Source: Rhizophagus irregularis
Lineage: Eukaryota
Length of the DNA: 64,000 bases
Assembly: GCF_026210795.1 (NCBI RefSeq)
Contig: NC_089434.1
Coordinates: 3,038,001 to 3,102,000 of the forward strand
Direction: 5' to 3'
The notes under the pieces are model-generated. The model saw nothing but the letters and a program-made list of their open reading frames with translations. It did not search any database and had not been told where the DNA came from. The translations under genes were made by a program, and so were the position numbers. Below are positions 13,686 to 28,500 of this stretch, in pieces (positions within the stretch are counted from its first letter, which is position 1; every line of letters starts with the position of its first letter).

Positions 13686-16600
13686 ATGAGCAACAATAAA
13701 AACGCGTCCGAAATACAAGCTGTTGATACAACAGAAAGAATAACGAAACTTAGGACTTTATTTAAGAAAGAAGAATATAACTTAACTGCGTAGTAAGTAA
13801 AATTACGCTTCGTTCCTAATGAGTTTAATTCTTCACGTATGTGAACATTGAACATTCTTTTTATTATTTTTTTCTTTTTTTTAGTGTAATTCCTTCGGAA
13901 GACGCTCACCAGGTATGAAGTCTTTGTCGTTAACTCAATTTTCACAACGACATATAAGAATTCTAATTATCAAGTTTTTATCTAATATATAGAGCGTTTA
14001 AATTTATTTTTAGAGACATTATACAATTTTTAATTAATAATTTTTTATAATTTTATTCAGAGTGAATATACTGCAGCGTGTGATGCTCGGAGAGCGTTTA
14101 TTTCTGGTTTTACTGGCTCGGCTGGTCTGTTTAAATTTTTTGAACTGAGTTATTAAAAAATGATGAATAATAACTTCTTATTTAACATTTCAATAGGATT
14201 GGCAGTTGTTTCAACAGACGATGCTGCTCTTTTTACAGATGGTCGGTATTTTTTGCAAGCCAATAAACAGCTGGATCACAATTGGACATTAATGAAACAG
14301 GGCATACCTGATGTCCCAACTTGGCAAGAGTATTTAGTACAGGTAGTTATCAAAGGTTTTCTGTTATTTAATTCAGAAAACAGCGAAAAATAAATAGGTT
14401 TGTTATTTATCTACATTAATAGAATCTTCCTAAAGATTCAAGAATTGGAATTGACCCAACGTTGATCACGGCATGTAAGTTTATTTCATTGTTATTGCAA
14501 AATAAGTAAGTATTGCAATTAATTTGTGTTATTCATTATTTATATCATCATATTAAAGGCGATGCAAAAACTTTGAAAGAATCACTTGGGAAAGTTGGAT
14601 CATCTTTAGTCTCTACCGAAGAGAATTTAGTTGATCTGGTATGGGGAAATGCTAGACCACCTCGTCCATGTAACCCAGCAAATGTTTTACCATCGAAATA
14701 TACTGGTAAATACGCGTTATAACATGAATATAGGGGTTTAAATTTGTTTGTTATACAGGTTCTGTATGCATTTACTTACATTATATTATAAAGGACGTTC
14801 ACATGACGATAAAATTGCAAATCTTCGAGAAGAACTTTCCAAAGAGAATTATTATGGGTTTGTCGTGTCTGCTCTTGATGAGATTGCATGTTTGTAGATT
14901 ATTATTATGTTGTTTATTATTTATACATATAAATTTTAACCTTTCTTTTCGAAATAAGGGCTTTTCAATCTACGTGGATCTGATGTCAAATATAACCCCG
15001 TTTTCTTTGCTTATGCTCTTATTACTAAAGACGACATTATTCTTTATATTGATGAAAAAAAATTATCCAATGAAGTCAAGGCGCATTTGGGATCCAGTGT
15101 CAAGTTTCGCTCTTATAATGCAGTTTTTGAAGATTTAAGGCATTTAAGTGTCAAATTTAAGAGTGATAATCAGGTTTATTAAATTATATTTATATCGGTA
15201 TTGGTTTATTTATAGAATTCTAAAATATTATAATATTATATTATATTAGAAACTTCTTATCAGTACACGCACGAGTTATGCTTTGACTTTGGCTGCTGGT
15301 GAAGTAGGTATTTTTTTTACAGAGTTTATATAAAAAAAATAATTAATTCTTGTGTTTGAATAATAATTATGCGATTGTGATTAAAATATACCAATTTATA
15401 GGATAATACAGAATCAGCTCGTTCGCCTATCCTAGATGCGAAAGCAATTAAAAATGAAGTTGAATTAGAGGGTATGAGACAATGTCATTTAAGAGATGCA
15501 GCGGCAGTGGTATATATAACTCGAAAAATGTCTATTTTGTTTATTATAAATTTAATTTATTTATTCGTTTATTTATTTATTTAAAGATTAATTATTTTGC
15601 ATGGCTTGAACAACAACTTTCCGCCGGAAATGTATTGAATGAAATCGATGGAGCAAATCGGTTGGAAAAATTTAGAGGGTATGATTACATAAATACGAAT
15701 GCACTATATTAGTGATAATATATATACTGATAAAATTTGATAATAGAGAGCAAGAAGATTTTGTTGGATTATCATTCGACACTATTTCTGCATCTGGCCC
15801 TAACGGCGCTATTATACATTATTCACCAGAACCAAAAACCTGTGCCGCCATTGATCCCAATTTGCTTTATTTATGCGATTCCGGTGGTCAATACAAGTAA
15901 TATCAATTATTATTATTATTATTATATTATTTTAACAAAAAAAAAAATAATTTCATATATATTTTGTTAGAAATGGTACTACCGATGTGACGCGTACTAT
16001 ACACTTTGGTAAACCAACTGAACAAGAAAAACGTGCATTTACACGAGTTCTTCAAGGTCATATTGCAATTGATCGTGCGATATTTCCAAAGGGCACTACA
16101 GGTAAATCATATTATTATTGTGTACAATTTTTTTTTTTCTTTTTCCTTGTTTTGAAATATTAAATAATTTAGGATATTTGTTGGATGTTCTCGCGAGAAC
16201 ATCGCTCTGGAAAGATGGGTTGGACTTTCGCCACGGTACAGGACACGGTGTTGGATGTTATTTGAATGTACATGAGGGTAAGGATTTTTTAAGTATATAA
16301 AACAAATAAATGGCAGGCGTTTATTATGAATTAATTGTTAGGTCCTCACGGAATCGGAACTCGAATTGTATTCAATGACGTGCCACTTCAAGCGGGTATG
16401 ACGGTGACCAATGAGCCAGGATATTATGAAGATGGTAAATTTGGTGTCCGAATTGAATCTGTTGTACTAGTTAAAGAGGTGGATACACCTCATAATTTTG
16501 GTAATAGGGGTTATTTAGGATTTGAACGTATTACCTTTGTGCCTATTCAGACAAAACTTGTTGATGTTTCTCTTTTGGATCCTATTGAACATAAATGGAT

Positions 16601-16703
16601 TAATGATTATAATGCCGAATGTTTTAAGAAAGTATCTCCTTTCTTAAAACCAGATAGTCTTGGATTTCGATGGTTAGAAAGGGAAACGGCTGCATTAAAA
16701 TAA
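13686..16703 (+). CDS. Xaa-Pro aminopeptidase P (M24B; XPNPEP1/Fra1-like), multi-exon
   Basis: [60 protein letters not shown] and [16 protein letters not shown] motifs. Confidence 0.95.
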
Positions 16704-17159
16704 TTTATTTATTATAAACGCAATAATTTTAGTGTACTATTTTAAATTATTTTATCTTATCTATAAGAAATAAATATAATATATGCTATTTTATCTATAT
16801 CCCAAAAAAAAAGTTTCATTAGCTTTAAATATATTTTATTGATGTTTTTTTTAATTCATGCCCAACACCCATAGAACAATATGAAAAAAATTTAATGCTA
16901 TGAAAAAAAAATTTTTTTTTTCATTTTACATTATTAAAGTAAACCAAAACAGGATACGGAAAAATATTGTACGCTTCGATCGAAATTAATTGACAACTTT
17001 TAACATGTTCATCTTATATTCTGGTAGGAAAATAATCAAACTCACTCACTTCTTGACCCAATTAAGATCAATCAGATGAATCTGATGATGATGAATCTAC
17101 AAATTTGATGAACCTTATCCGACTTCATCTTATTATTCTGGTTAGAAAATAATCAGGTA

Positions 17160-19318
17160 TCAATCAGATGAGTCTGATGATGACGAATCTGACGAATCTG
17201 ACGAATCATCTGAATCATCTGAAGAACTATCACTCTCTACTCGTTTACGTTTTTCTGTTGCAATGAGTTTTTGTGCATTCTATATTTATTGAAAAAAGAA
17301 AATTTAAGTTTCAGCATTTGAACAGGTCACATGAATTCGTATCATCATCCATTAAATAAATGATCCTTACCACCAAATGCTCTCTTAAACCCTCAGTTAA
17401 TTGACCTAATTCAATACTTGTAAAAAAGTTGATTGCAAAACGAGTATTCCGTGGATTATCCTTTGGAAAAAGACCGTCGAAATAATGACACATTGCTTCA
17501 TCATTTAATCTCACTTTAAGTTTCGGTATACCTAAAGTACCAGTGAGTTCTTCAAATAATATTTTAATAAAAATTCGAGAACTTGATGTGGTTGAATCTT
17601 CTGTCAATTTAATTACACTAAAAACTTCCCAAGAAATAGCATCTGATGCTATAAGGTGTCCAAAATATTTTGATACGTTTCTTAACCGATTCGTTTCGTA
17701 TCGATGAATTGTCTCATAATATTGAACAAAACATTTTTCAAAAGATTTAGCCCAAACCAAATTTATTTTTGCAAGACGTTCACCTGTAAGACCAAAAAAC
17801 TTTTCATAAGTACGTTCTTGAGAACAACATTCAATTATCATGTTGCAAAGTTCCATCTGAATAAATTATAATAAAGAAACCTTAATAAATAAAATAAATA
17901 ACGAAAGAAAAATAATAATAAATAGATAAAATAAAATAAAATAAAATAAAACCATACCTCTTGTCCTTCTTGAATATTTAATTTCATAAGTTTGTGACAA
18001 CATTCTTCAAAGTCAAGACTTGACTTAATAGTTAGATATATCGTTTTACGTAAGGTTATCAAGTTTGTATTTGTATTATCATGAATTTCCATTTTCTTTG
18101 CTAATTCCTCTTCGCTCTCATTATCTTCATCTTCGTCATCACTATCATCAGTACCTGATTCTCCATCATCATCATCATCAGAATCTTCACCTAATATTTG
18201 TGATTTTATTTCCTTGTATTTTTCTTCATTTTCTAAATAATCAGGATCGAAATTGAAGACACCTAAAAACAATGAAAAAATATCCAATTTTAGTATATTA
18301 AAAAATTAAAAAAAAAAATTTTAATTAAGAAAAAAATATACATATGTATATATGTTTATACGTACCAAGAGTTTCTTCAACATCTAATTCATCATCAATT
18401 GATATATGATGAGTAATTTGATCATCTTCCTTAACCAAATCTAATTCTGATGGAATTGGTGGATTATCCTTATATTTATCCTTTCTTATTTGAAATAAAA
18501 CTTCAATCATATATTGAACTCTTTTATCTACATTTGCTTCATGAAGAATAGTTCTAAATCGATCAAATACATCATTATTCGCTTTTGGTGAAACCTCAGC
18601 CAAGTGAGCACCACATTCACGCATAAACCCGACAGCAACTTCTACTGAATCACTAGTAGGATGCTCAAGTAAAAGAACTAAAATTTGTAATGCGACAATT
18701 TCGTGAGCTACTAGATGATTACATAAATGTGCAATAAAAGAAGTAGTAGCTAAACAAGTTGTCTAAAATTCAAATTAATTAATTAATTAGTCAACATCAT
18801 TATAAAAAATATAAATTTGGTTCAATAATAAAATACCTTATCGTTACGCCTATATGCTTTACGAAATTGAACAATTAACCTAGTGAGAACTAGTTCACCA
18901 ATTTGTGGTAACTTTGTGTTTATAATAGCTACCGATGCAGAATAAACGGGTGTAAACGGTAGAGAAGCCGATTGTGCTTTCATGATCGATCTAGCAAAAA
19001 GACCTCTTCCACGAATTAAATTTTCATTAAACAACTCAAAAACAATATTTTTTATATTTGAAGTATTGACCTGCGATTTAAATAAAGAAATATTACCTAA
19101 TAGATCTAAAGGAATAAAATAATAAATAAAAAGAATACCTTGTTAATGAGACCATTAATACTCTTTTTTAGAGCTTCCCAAGTAATTCTTTGATATTCTT
19201 TACTAGATTTATCGGTTATCGTTTGTTGCATCTCCCGTAATCGAGCGGGTGGAATATATACACCACCCGCTCTAGTATTAACGAGCACTTTCTGTTCAGT
19301 CTCTATAAACGACGACAT
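17160..19318 (-). CDS. CWC22: Pre-mRNA-splicing factor CWC22 (MIF4G + MA3), multi-exon
   Basis: [63 protein letters not shown] and [12 protein letters not shown]. The last exon ends DSSD* at 17160. Confidence 0.95.
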
Positions 19319-19472
19319 TTTTTTGATCAGAGTTGAAATTTTTTTTTTTAAAAAAAAATAAGCTCAGTTCATTTATTTATTTAAAAATATTAGCTGTTAG
19401 TAAATTTATGATCAGTCATTGTTTGAATACAATTTGTACTAGATCTTGTTGATCATTTGATATTACTGAGCC

Positions 19473-19586
19473 GCAAATGTATCGTTCTTATACGATCAGG
19501 TGCTATGTTCTTATACGACGTATATGTCACATAATATAGGTCGTATAAGATAGTATGTCGTACACGTATAAGAACGTTACATTTGC
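19473..19586. mobile_element. 114-bp MULE-type MITE with 9-bp TSD in the CWC22 upstream region
   Basis: TIR gcaaatgta(t/a)cgttcttatacg. TSD TACTGAGCC at 19464-19472 and 19587-19595. Confidence 0.9.
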
Positions 19587-20477
19587 TACTGAGCCGTTTT
19601 TTTTAGTCGCATAAAAAAAATCATAACTTTTTATTTTATTTGATAATTTTTTGTTTGCTTTTTTTGATTTTCTTTTTTTTTTTAAAAAAAAAAAGTTCAA
19701 ATTTAAAAGTAGAAAAAAAAATTGAATTAAAGAAAAAAAAATAAAGAAAAAAAAGGAAAATTACTTTAAATATAGCAAATTTTTTTTTGTTATAGTTTAC
19801 AAACGCTATATAAAAAGTAAAAAAAAACTAAATAAAAATAAAATAATTTTTTTTTTTTTTTGAGATCTTCCCGATTTTTTTTGGTTTTCATTGTCTTTTT
19901 TTTTATAAAGTTCAAAGTCATTCCCAAAAGTTCAATTTTCCCTTTTATGATTTTGATTGGTAATTAATAAGATTAATACTAAAATAAAAAAAAAGAAAAA
20001 AGGGAAAATTGAGGATAGGGAAAGGAAGATCTACTTTTTTTTCAATTTCATAAAAAATGATAAAAAATAAGAAATAAAATATTTTTTTTGAAAAATAAAA
20101 AGTATAACATAATATGCAAAATGTTAAATCACATAAATGTTTTTCCTTTTTAAAGAGAAGTAAATTTTGATTGCTACTATACTACATGATCAAAATAATG
20201 CTAAAAATAAAAGATAGAATAGAGGCTTTTTTTTTGAGTGCCATGTTTCTTCTTCTTTCTCTCTATAAAGAGAAAAAAAACTGTACAATTATTATTAGGT
20301 AATTTTGTTTTTTTTTTTTTGAAAGAAGACATTAAAACATGGCACAAATGAAGAAGAAAAAAATATACAAAGAAAAATTTTTTTTTTTTTTTTTTTGTTA
20401 AATTTTGTTCCATAAGGATTTTTTAGTTAAAAATATCTTTTTTTTGTACTGTAAGAAAAATGAGATGCTATAATTGA

Positions 20478-21570
20478 TCATAGTGTTCTTGACCTTCTTG
20501 AAGTAGAGGTATAGGTAGTAGCAGCTTTATTATGATAGCCTGTAGTGGTTGACCTTCTTCGTGGTTTACGCTCTTTCGTATCGTCTTTGTCGTATCCAGT
20601 AAGATATCGCATATACAAAAATGTTTCTGCAACACCAACGATAACACTTCCGGTAAAAGCGAGCAACACACGCTAATTATTTAAAGAATAGGGGGGTGGA
20701 CAAAAAAAAAATAAAGATTAGATAATACAATTTAATATGCGAAGAAAAAAAAAGATTTTTTAAGTCAATCTGTAAATACCATTCCCGTATCACCAGTAAT
20801 TGTTTGAGCTACATGATATACAGCTGCAAAAACGGCGACAACGGTAAACGTGATGTTGACTATGGCAGTAAGCTGGCTGCGAACACTTTGGAATTCTTCG
20901 GTATCGAGTAGTTTAAAGGTCTCTACATCATAAGAGGAGGCGACTTTGCCAACCATACGCGCATATTCTTTATTGGCTTGTTCGGCAAGAATTTTTTCTA
21001 ACCTAGCAACTAATTCTGGACTCTGTGAAAAAATGTGAAAAAAAAAAAAAATTTATTAAATATTAGGTAATTAAATTTAATTTATACAAAGTCAGTTTCA
21101 TTGAATTTATTTATTTACCTTAACCTTCTCTTTGCGAGGTTCCAAGTACACCCCGCTCCCGGTGAGCAGCTCATGTAGCCAATAGTGTGAAAGGCCTAAA
21201 GTGAAAAAAAAGATAAATAAATTAGTAATGTGGTAATGTAACAAGGTTGGCAGATATTAATTATTTATGGTAAGCAACTTCGGTAAAACTCGGGAAAATG
21301 ATACAAGCTTACATAACATAAATAATAATATAAAGTTATACAATAAAAGTACCGCAGAAAATATATTGATAATTTACCAATTTCTTTACCGAGTTTGCCA
21401 TCGTGGCTAACCAAGAATTTTGAAACCTCTTTGATAAGGTCGAGAGGAATACAAGAGGAAAGTTTAAGATAATTTTTGAGCCTTTGTTTGGCAGATTCAT
21501 CAAATTCAGGTGATTGTAAAGCATGGTATATGGCAGTTCGGATACGGTCAGTCAATACGAGTAAAACCAT
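20478..21570 (-). CDS. VMA12: ER V-ATPase assembly factor Vma12/TMEM199-like
   Basis: WLHELLTGSGVYLEP, KSPELVARLEKILAEQANKEYARMV, and VRSQLTAIVNITFTVVAVF followed by two TM segments. Confidence 0.85.
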
Positions 21571-23222
21571 GATTATTTGTGTGATATGAAAGGTATAAAA
21601 GGGAAAAAGTGTGTTTCGTTTATTATGTTTTCGTTAAAAAAAGTGATAAATTTTATATCATAAAAATATTTTGTTTAATTATATCGGTTAAAAATAAGAA
21701 AAAGAGTAAAGGGTTGGTTTTTTTAAGGTAATTTTTTTTAAAAAAAAAAATATGAGAAAATATCATAAAATAATTTTTTGCAAGTTTAAAAAATTTTTCG
21801 TTAACTTAAAAAATTGAAATAGTCTTTGACTTTTAAAAAAAGTCTAAGAGAAGGTAGGAACGTTATAGGAACTGGGGTGTAAAAATCAGTTAACCGAATA
21901 AACAAAAGAAGAGAGAAATAGTCGGGTATATATAATTATTTGGAACACTAAAAGCAGCATTATTTTGTGATAATTGATTTGATTGATGAAATGTTATATT
22001 GTACAAGCTAGGAACCTTTAGAGAATTACATATAAAAAATTTTTTTTATTGTTTATATTATATGCGCCATGATATGCTTTGATTAACTTGATTGAAATTA
22101 GTGGCTATTGTTTGGCGGTTGCCAGGTTCTTATTGATAACGACAATGAATCCCATTTGAAATTTAGATATGTCGGAAAATTTTCCGAATGTTAGATCATG
22201 ATTGATAGATAAATCCATGTTACCATAAATCCGATCTATAAAAAAATATACAATATTTATGTATATGTATGTACTATATTCTTTATATTTGAATCTAGGA
22301 ATTAGAAAAAATCTTTTTCGGAATCCTTAAATGGAAATCAAGTGTGAATTGGCGCGTATCGTATTTTTCGCATGGCACCCTAACAAACAAAGTAACACAG
22401 ACCATTATCGATGATTAAGTGTTTTAAGGGTGTAACATCTTATTGTTGTTACCACATGGAAAACATCTTCTAACATTTTCATGAGTATCTACATTTCCTT
22501 CCTATTGTTTTTAATAGCCTGTCACATGAAGATTGAATTTATAGTTTTTGACATATTTTATATATCAAAATTTACTAAAATGACCGGATTTCATCGATCC
22601 GATTTTATGGCCTTACCGCAGGTGAGTTTCTCATTTTAAACAGGATTTACTGATAACGCCATTTGTGAGAAATGTTTAATTTTTTTTTTCCAATTTATTC
22701 AACAAATTCCAACTTTTCTTTCCGGTAATTCCAATAGATATGCACGGACCATCATAAATCGATTAGTTCAAATGTGAAATTACAAGTTATTAAACTTGTT
22801 TTTTTATTGCGAAAAAAATTTTTTTTTTTTTGTGCCAATTCAATTTATATGGGAAATAGGTAATTCAATTATTACTATAAATAATTAAGAAAACTTGTTA
22901 TTGTTTACATCAATCCTGTATCATCCTGATTTCTATACGCATTGTCCAATTTATTTTACATGTGAAAAGAATTTCAAAAAAAAAAAAATTTTTTTCCTAC
23001 TTTTTGTGGATGCTTTTTTTAATTTAATGGTTGTACGAAAAAGTTTTTTGTTTTCGAAACAAAAATTCGTTCATTCGTGTAACTTTAAAAAAAATTTTTT
23101 TTACACTTATTATTTATTTGTAAATAATTCATTTTTTATTTACAAATAAAAAAAGGGTTTTAATATTTATTATTTTTTTTTATTTATTTAATAGATAACA
23201 ACAATAAACGCCAAATATTTTT

Positions 23223-25067
23223 TTATGAGATATTTTGTGTATTCGTTCTAGAATTCTGTAAAAGTTGAGCTGCAAATATTTCCATATTTTTGACAGTTTC
23301 ACGCCATTGTGATAAAACTTCTATCGTCGTCTTGAGCATATTTTCCGGTGGAATATCTTGTGGCAATACATTAGATGAAAATTCTTGATTTATTTCTTCA
23401 TAATCATTTAGTACCAATAGAATAACTGTCTTAATAAAATCTCGAAGTTGTGGTACTAATCGCACAACTTTGTTAATTTGTTCTAGAGAAGGAATAACTC
23501 GATTCACATCATCTATTTTTAAAATTAACATGATTTCCTAATGAAGTAGGGTAATTAATCATTATTTGTTTTAGATATTCAGATATTATTAATTACCTAA
23601 TACAAATATTTCGCTTACTTTGACTAAATCAGCCAAGGCTTCTACTTCCAATTCATCAACTTTGGTTAATTGCAATTTGAAATATAATTTATCCCTGAAA
23701 ATGTTACGTCGCGTTTCTATTGTTTTTGATTCCTTTGTATCTAATAAATTAATTATAAATTTTTAACTTTAAAAAAATGTGTATTATAAATCAATCACAT
23801 TTTATATATTTCTATATACCCTTAGAAGGACTCTTAGATAATGGTCTTGTGTTTCTTTTGTATGCATGCAATTCCAATTTGAGTCGTTCGTTCTCTTCAC
23901 GCATAGATTCAAGTTCAAGAGAATTGGTATTGTTTTGACTATCCAACGCCATTTTTAAGCGTTTATTTTCCTCACGTAACTTTTCAAGTTCTTGCCAATT
24001 AACGGAATCAAACTTGAAATTTTTATTCTCTTCACGTAAATGATTTAATTCTTTCAAGAAATTATCGGAATAAATTTTTATTTGTTCATTTTCTTTTTGT
24101 AATAGATCAACTTCTCTACGAAGATTATCAGAATGAATTTTTAGTTTTTCATTCTCTTCACGCGTTTGTTCTAATTCTTGAATGATGGGATCAAGTTGAT
24201 TAGCTTGCTTAATTTCTTTTCCTTCTTTTACTGTTTTTTCTACTACTACTACTTCTTCTATTACTTTTTCTTCTATTGCTTCTTTTATTACTTCTTCTAC
24301 TATTTCTTTTGTTTTATTCTCTATGTTTTCCTTTTCTAACGCAATCCCTTCTTGTGAAATGTTTTTTATGAGATTAGACGATTCATTTGACTAATTAAAT
24401 TAAAATTGATTAAATTAATAATTATTATTGAAATTTTTTTTTTTTAAAAAAAAAATGTAATAATGCATTAAAAACAATTTACATTTCCTAGAATATTAGA
24501 AGAATCATTTGATGATGAACTTTTCGTTTCTCGGTTTTCTAATAATTGTCTCAATTTTGTGTAATTAACTTCATCATCTTCTACAACACTTGCGACAAAA
24601 TGTGTTACATCTCCTTTTTCAACTAGATATAATATAAATAAATTTTAATATCAGAAATTTTTCACATATATATACATATATAACATATATATATCTATTA
24701 AAAAGATTTATTTACTCATGATAGAAGGCATTTCAGTAATAGTTGAATTACTTAATATTGACAAATCATTTTGTGAATATTGTATAGTTTGATCATACTC
24801 ATTCGCTTTTGCAGGGTGAGCAAAACTTGTTATTTCAACTCCTATATCTCGATAATCGATATTTTCTCTAGATACCACAGTTTTGGCTATAATAGAAGGA
24901 ATTATATCAGAAACGTTACTAGATTCTTCAAAAGTATAAGTACGATTTGGAACAGGTGAAGAACAAGCTGACGCGTAATTGGAATGATTATCTTCTTGTA
25001 CCATGTTACCAAGATTAAGATTTTTATTATTTATAACTTCAAAACCACTTTTGATATCTGAAGACAT
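23223..25067 (-). CDS. Coiled-coil protein of unknown function (multi-exon)
   Basis: Spliceable exons from MSSDIKSGF; repeated ELEKLREENKRLK heptads; helical C-terminal segment. Confidence 0.75.
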
Positions 25068-25500
25068 TTTTTTTTTTTTCAAAAAAAAAACTCAAAAATA
25101 AAAGAATAATAGTATTATTATATAAAGGAATATAAATGAAATCTTTCTAAAAGGAAATTTGAAATTTGAGTTCTAAGTTTTTAATACAAATGGTTTAAAA
25201 ATTTATTTTTTTATAAAAGTTGTTTATATACGCGTGTTTCTTTCTTTTATAAACAAGGAGATTTTTAGTTCTGGTGGATTTAATTCGGGCTAAGATAATA
25301 TGATATTAAAACGAAACTTCCTTTTTTATGTTACAACACGTGACAGCCTCAAATGTACTCTGTACGACTGTACGTAATTCAATTCAATTATATGAAGTCA
25401 CGTGGGTAGAAAATTTGTTGGTGTTACTGAAAAATTGATCTAATGATCAACACTACAATCTAAAATTTTTTTTTTTAAAAAAAAAAACTCATTTTCCAAC

Positions 25501-28500
25501 ATGGGAAAGAAAAAAATAACGAAATTTTCTTCAAAACTTAGGGTTAGCTTTGATGAAAATTCTATTAAAAATTCAAAAACTTCAAAAACTTCAACTACAA
25601 ATTCTAAAAAACCTCGACCAAAAAATTCTTCAATAAGCAAACAGCAGAAAAAACCTAATAAAATTTTCGGAAATGATATTTTTGAAGTTGAACAAGACGA
25701 AACTAAATACGAACGACGTCGTAGAAATATCGATGAAATAGAAAGCTACGAGTATATCGGTGTTGATAAGATTGAAAAAAAGGATGATGAGGAGATTGAT
25801 AGTGACGAAGCTTTTAATGATTCTGATGAAGAAAGGTTTGAACATTTTATATTTAGAGGATCTATTCAGAAAGTTAGTTTTTATCGCTATTATTTGAGTT
25901 GGTTTTTACTATATAGAACACGATTTTAATATTTAAAGATTTTGTAGGACATAAAAAAGCGGTTGGATGAAGAGATCGATTTAAACGAAACTGATGACGA
26001 CTCCAGTGAGGAGGGTGAATCAGATGAAGGTGATGAATTAGATAAAGAGTATCAGGAAGATGAGAGTGGGATAACAGGAATAAATGTGGAGGGCTTTGTT
26101 GGATTTGGTGAATCAGACAGCGATGAAGACGAAACGGATGAGGAAGTTAAAGCTTTGATAGAAAATGAGGAAGATAATGATATGCAAGAAATTGATGATG
26201 AAACCAAGGCAGATAATCTGGCTTCTTTTATTGGTTCATTAGATAAAAAAAGGAAAAGAACTCTTGATGATGAAATAAATTCTTTCGAAAAACCAAAAAA
26301 GCAATTAAAAGAGCGAACAGAAGCTTATGAAGAATCAGAATATAATTTATCAACTAGAGAGTCTTCAAATGTTAGAAAGAAGATTGATCTGAGTGACCTT
26401 CTTGGATCAATTCAAGAAGAAACTGGTTTTAGTGGATTGAAACAAAAATTAGCATCACTGGAAAGTGGTGGTAATAAAGGAACTTATAAGGAACCTTTAC
26501 CAGCTCCTTTACCTCCCCGAATTCAAGACAGATTGAATAGACAAGTTGCTTACGAAAAGACTAAAAAAGATATTACTAAATGGGAACCAATTGTTAAGCA
26601 AAATCGGGAAGCCGAACATTTAAAATTTCCCATCAATGCATCTCTTCCACATAAGCAAACAAATAGTGTTTTGGTTGCCACATTTCAAGTGTGTTAAATT
26701 ATTTTCATTATTATTTAAACTTTATTTTGTCATTGTTTTATAACTAATTTACTAATCTTTGATTAGCCCTCAACAGGATTTGAAAAAGAAGTAGATTCCG
26801 TATTGGTGGAAAGTGGTGTAAAGGAAAAGAATTTACAACAATATGAAGAACTTCAGATGAGTAAATTGTCGGTTGAAGAGGTTGAAAAACGAGTGAAAGA
26901 ATTGCGTAAAATGCGTGAATTAGCATTTCGCGAAGAGATCAAAGCGAGAAGGATCGCTAAAATTAAAAGTAAGACTTATCGTAAAATCAGAAAGAAGGAA
27001 AAAAACAAGTTAAGTCTTAAACAATTGGCCGAACTTGATCCCAAACTTGCTCGTGAAGAACAGTTAAGGCTTGAAACAACACGTGCTCAAGAACGTATGA
27101 CTTTGAAACATAAGAATACTAGCAAGTGGGCTAAGCAGGCTTTAAAACATGGACATCATAATTTAGAGAGTCGCCAAGCAATTGCTGAGCAACTGCGAAG
27201 ACACGAGGAATTAAAACGAAAAATTCATGACCTTGGATCTGATGAAGAATTAGATGATTTTTCAAGTGAAAATACTGATGTTGAAAAAGAGGATGATATT
27301 GACGCTATCAAAGCAAAAGTATTTGACGAATTGGCACAATTAGAACAGAAAGAAGGTGAAAATGAAGAAGAAATGAAAGGATTATTTGGAATGAAATTTA
27401 TGCGAATTGCTACAGAAAGAGAAAAACATCGCACCCAAGGAATGATCGATGATTTCATCGAGGATTTGGAAAATGAAGAAAATGAAGAAAATGCAACAAA
27501 AGATGAAACTAAAAAAGAAGCGAAAGAGAGTTCAATAACTCACGTTGGAAACAATCCTGGTAGAATGATATTTGGAGGGGACATTGAGGTAAATTAAAAC
27601 ATGTTTCCTTAATACATATTATTTTCCAATTATAAACAATTATATATTAGTATTAAAATTGAATTTATTTAGAAATCAACTTCCGAACACAAAGTTGATA
27701 TTAAAAAGGTATCTATTTTAATAATCTGAGCTGGAACTATCTAAATGTATATTTATCCGTCCTTTTTTTTTTATTCATAAGTTGTCGAAATCTATTTTTG
27801 ACCCGAAATCTTCGCTCTCAGAGGAATCGAAAGATGATAGTAGACAGACTGAACCTATTAATGATTATTCTGTGGAAACTAATTCCGAAGAAGAGAATCC
27901 GTGGCTCCAAACAGATTCTTCCAGAATAGTATCTTCCAGTAAAAAGAATAATAAAGGCATTATAAAAGAAAACAATAGATCTGATAAGATAGTATCAAAA
28001 TTGAAAAAATTGAAACAAGGAGACCAATCACAAGATAGTATTGAAATTGATGCAGACAAAGTACTTACAATCGGTTCTGTACAAATGACCGGTAAGTCTT
28101 TAATATACACATATTTTTTTTTATTAAGATCTAATTAATTTATTAATTTAAGAGAATAAAAATAATAAAATAGAGGATTCATCAATTTCACGAAATGATA
28201 ATACTTCAAACGCAAAATCGAAGTTTAAATCTGCGGAAGAAAATTCTGACGATACATTAGACGTTGAAGCAAATTTTGTACATACTAAAGATTCTATAGC
28301 ATTTTCACAAAGAGAATTAGTTGCTCGTGCATTTGCAAATGATAATGTTGTAGAAGTAAGTAATAATCATAATTTTTAGTTTATCAATCTATTAGGTTTC
28401 AACTTTCAATTCAACTTAATTATATTATATATCTTCAGGAATTTGAAGCGGAAAAACAAGCAATTATAGAGGATGATGAGCCAAAAGAACAAGACTTGAC

